A DNA stretch of 64,000 nt. It comes from Planctomycetota bacterium. Lineage in GTDB: Bacteria > Planctomycetota > UBA1135. Shown here piece after piece: positions 62,478 through 64,000 of the stretch (position 1 is the first letter of the stretch; each line of letters opens with the position of its first letter). A model generated the notes under the pieces. It had not been told where the DNA came from and searched no databases. It saw only the letters and a list, made by a program, of their open reading frames with translations. Where the stretch lies: contig JASFYO010000002.1 in NCBI GenBank assembly GCA_045047305.1, positions 1 to 64,000 on the forward strand, written 5' to 3'. Made by a program: the position numbers and the translations under genes.

Positions 62478-64000
62478 ATGATGAGAACCCTCCCCCTTTT
62501 GGCCCTTGGACTTGCAGCACCACTTGCTGCCCAAACCAATGCCACCAGCACTTTGATGACCTACGGCGACGTCCTCGGTGCGCCATCCACCCTAGTGCTC
62601 ACCGAGCTGACCCCCAACACCCCGGTGTTCCTGATTCCATCCTTTCAGAATACCGGCAGCCCCTTTCTTGTCGGCCTAACCGGCGACGCCAATGATCAGC
62701 TTGCCGTCGGGGTGGACCTTGCAGCGAACGGGAACATCTTCACTGGCATGTCCGATGCCACCGGACGCTATTCGATAAGTCTCACCATCCCGAATAACCC
62801 AGCGTTTCTTGATTCCACTGCGTATTGGCAGGGCTGGACCGAACCGGGCACAAGCGGCACTGGCCGTTACGACGATTTCTCCAACCTCCGCGCCATGAGT
62901 TTGAACAACGCCGCACGCTGGCAAAGCACCGAGAATGCAGTGCCCGTAGCCTCGGCGAATTTGGCCTTTAGCACTTGGGAAACGGGCAGCGAAAATGGAA
63001 ACCCTACGCGTTTGTTTGTCTGTGGTGGCGGGCCAGCTCTATTAGTCGATGCAAGCACGGCCTATACCACTCTCAACCAATGCTGGGAGGTGGATGGCGT
63101 CACTGGTCTACACACCTTGTTGCCAGGCACGATGAATGAAAGTCGCGCATTCCACAACTTAGTGCAACTCCAAGATGGACGCTTCATGGCGATTGGAGGC
63201 ATCACCGGACCCTTTGGCAGTGGCAGTAACTTCTTCACCCAAGTCCTACGCACCTGCGAGATTTACGATCCCGTCGCCGGCACCTGGACCACCACCCCGA
63301 ACATGGCTAAGTTCCGCGCCGGCTCTACCTCCTTTGTGATGCCCGACGGCCGCGTATTAGTTGCAGGCGGCACCGAAGGTAATAATGCACACGAGCTGCA
63401 TGACGTTGCAGATTTACTGGGCACCGCTCTAAAGACCACCGAAATTTATAACCCGACCACCAATACGTGGAGTTCTGGCCCCATCATGTCGGAGTTTAAA
63501 GCTGGCGCGATGTCGGTGGTTTTAGCTGACGGCCGTTGGTTGGTCTCAGGAGGCATTACCCACACTTCCTTGTTTGGCTTGCCGATTCCAGATTTCTCCA
63601 ACAACCAACAAATCTACAACCCGACGACCAATTCTTGGTCGAATACTGGCAACCTCAAAGCTAAGCGCGCACTTGGCGGTATGACTTTGATGGACAACGG
63701 TCAAGTGTTCATCGCGGGTGGCGGAGGTGGCGACATCTTTAACATCGGCCCAATTAAAAAAACCGAAACCTACAATCCTGCAACTGGCAGCACCACCACA
63801 AGGCCCAACCTAAGCATAGAATCCGCATTTAACACCTGCGTGGCTCTGCCGGGCAACGTGGTGATGATTATTGGCGGAGCAAAGGGAGACCTAATCGATC
63901 CGATTCCGCTGAACAACACTTGGTTCTACACCCATGCCTCGGCAACCATCACAGCGGGCCCGGCGATGACGGAAGCCCATGCTGGTGGTGTGGTGGTGCA
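62478..64000 (+). CDS. Secreted Kelch-repeat beta-propeller protein (partial, runs off window; not in ORF track)
   Basis: Manual translation MMRTLPLLALGLAAPLAAQ...; repeats such as SRAFHNLVQLQDGRFMAIGG, EIYDPVAGTW, DGRVLVAGG, EIYNPTTNTW. Confidence 0.85.
   Translation, partial: MMRTLPLLALGLAAPLAAQTNATSTLMTYGDVLGAPSTLVLTELTPNTPVFLIPSFQNTGSPFLVGLTGDANDQLAVGVDLAANGNIFTGMSDATGRYSISLTIPNNPAFLDSTAYWQGWTEPGTSGTGRYDDFSNLRAMSLNNAARWQSTENAVPVASANLAFSTWETGSENGNPTRLFVCGGGPALLVDASTAYTTLNQCWEVDGVTGLHTLLPGTMNESRAFHNLVQLQDGRFMAIGGITGPFGSGSNFFTQVLRTCEIYDPVAGTWTTTPNMAKFRAGSTSFVMPDGRVLVAGGTEGNNAHELHDVADLLGTALKTTEIYNPTTNTWSSGPIMSEFKAGAMSVVLADGRWLVSGGITHTSLFGLPIPDFSNNQQIYNPTTNSWSNTGNLKAKRALGGMTLMDNGQVFIAGGGGGDIFNIGPIKKTETYNPATGSTTTRPNLSIESAFNTCVALPGNVVMIIGGAKGDLIDPIPLNNTWFYTHASATITAGPAMTEAHAGGVVV

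Overview
Bacterial chromosomal window, most likely an uncultured Planctomycetota member (inferred from the RpoA N-terminus MRIRWR, the Rpo[14 protein letters not shown] motif and the gene order). Bases 1-3.7 kb hold tRNA-Arg and dnaE. Bases 3.8-34.7 kb (minus strand) hold the core transcription/translation supercluster: tRNA-Thr-Tyr-Gly-Thr, tuf, rpmG, secE, nusG, rplKAJL, rpoBC, rpsLG, a DUF367/Tsr3-like gene, a divergent EF-G, and the S10, spc and alpha operons. rpmD, rpsD, map and tRNA-Trp are absent from their usual places. Bases 34.8-64 kb hold aroC, a single-domain response regulator, an Smr-less MutS2, cystathionine beta-synthase and gamma-lyase split by an FG-GAP remnant, HU, dtd, a TPR lipoprotein, an aromatic-repeat lipoprotein with MlaE/F/D, typA, three tandem secreted gluzincin-like paralogs lacking the catalytic Glu, a site-2 protease, a parvulin PPIase, a propionyl-CoA carboxylase/methylmalonyl-CoA epimerase cluster, a HipBA-like module, a thioesterase and a partial Kelch protein. 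The most notable items are the attenuated Tsr3-like + degenerate EF-G pair in the str operon, the MCE operon led by a WPF-repeat lipoprotein, the pseudo-peptidase triplet and a ~32-aa insertion in L16. No CRISPR, rRNA or transposase was seen. All calls come from motif recognition by eye; no searches were run.
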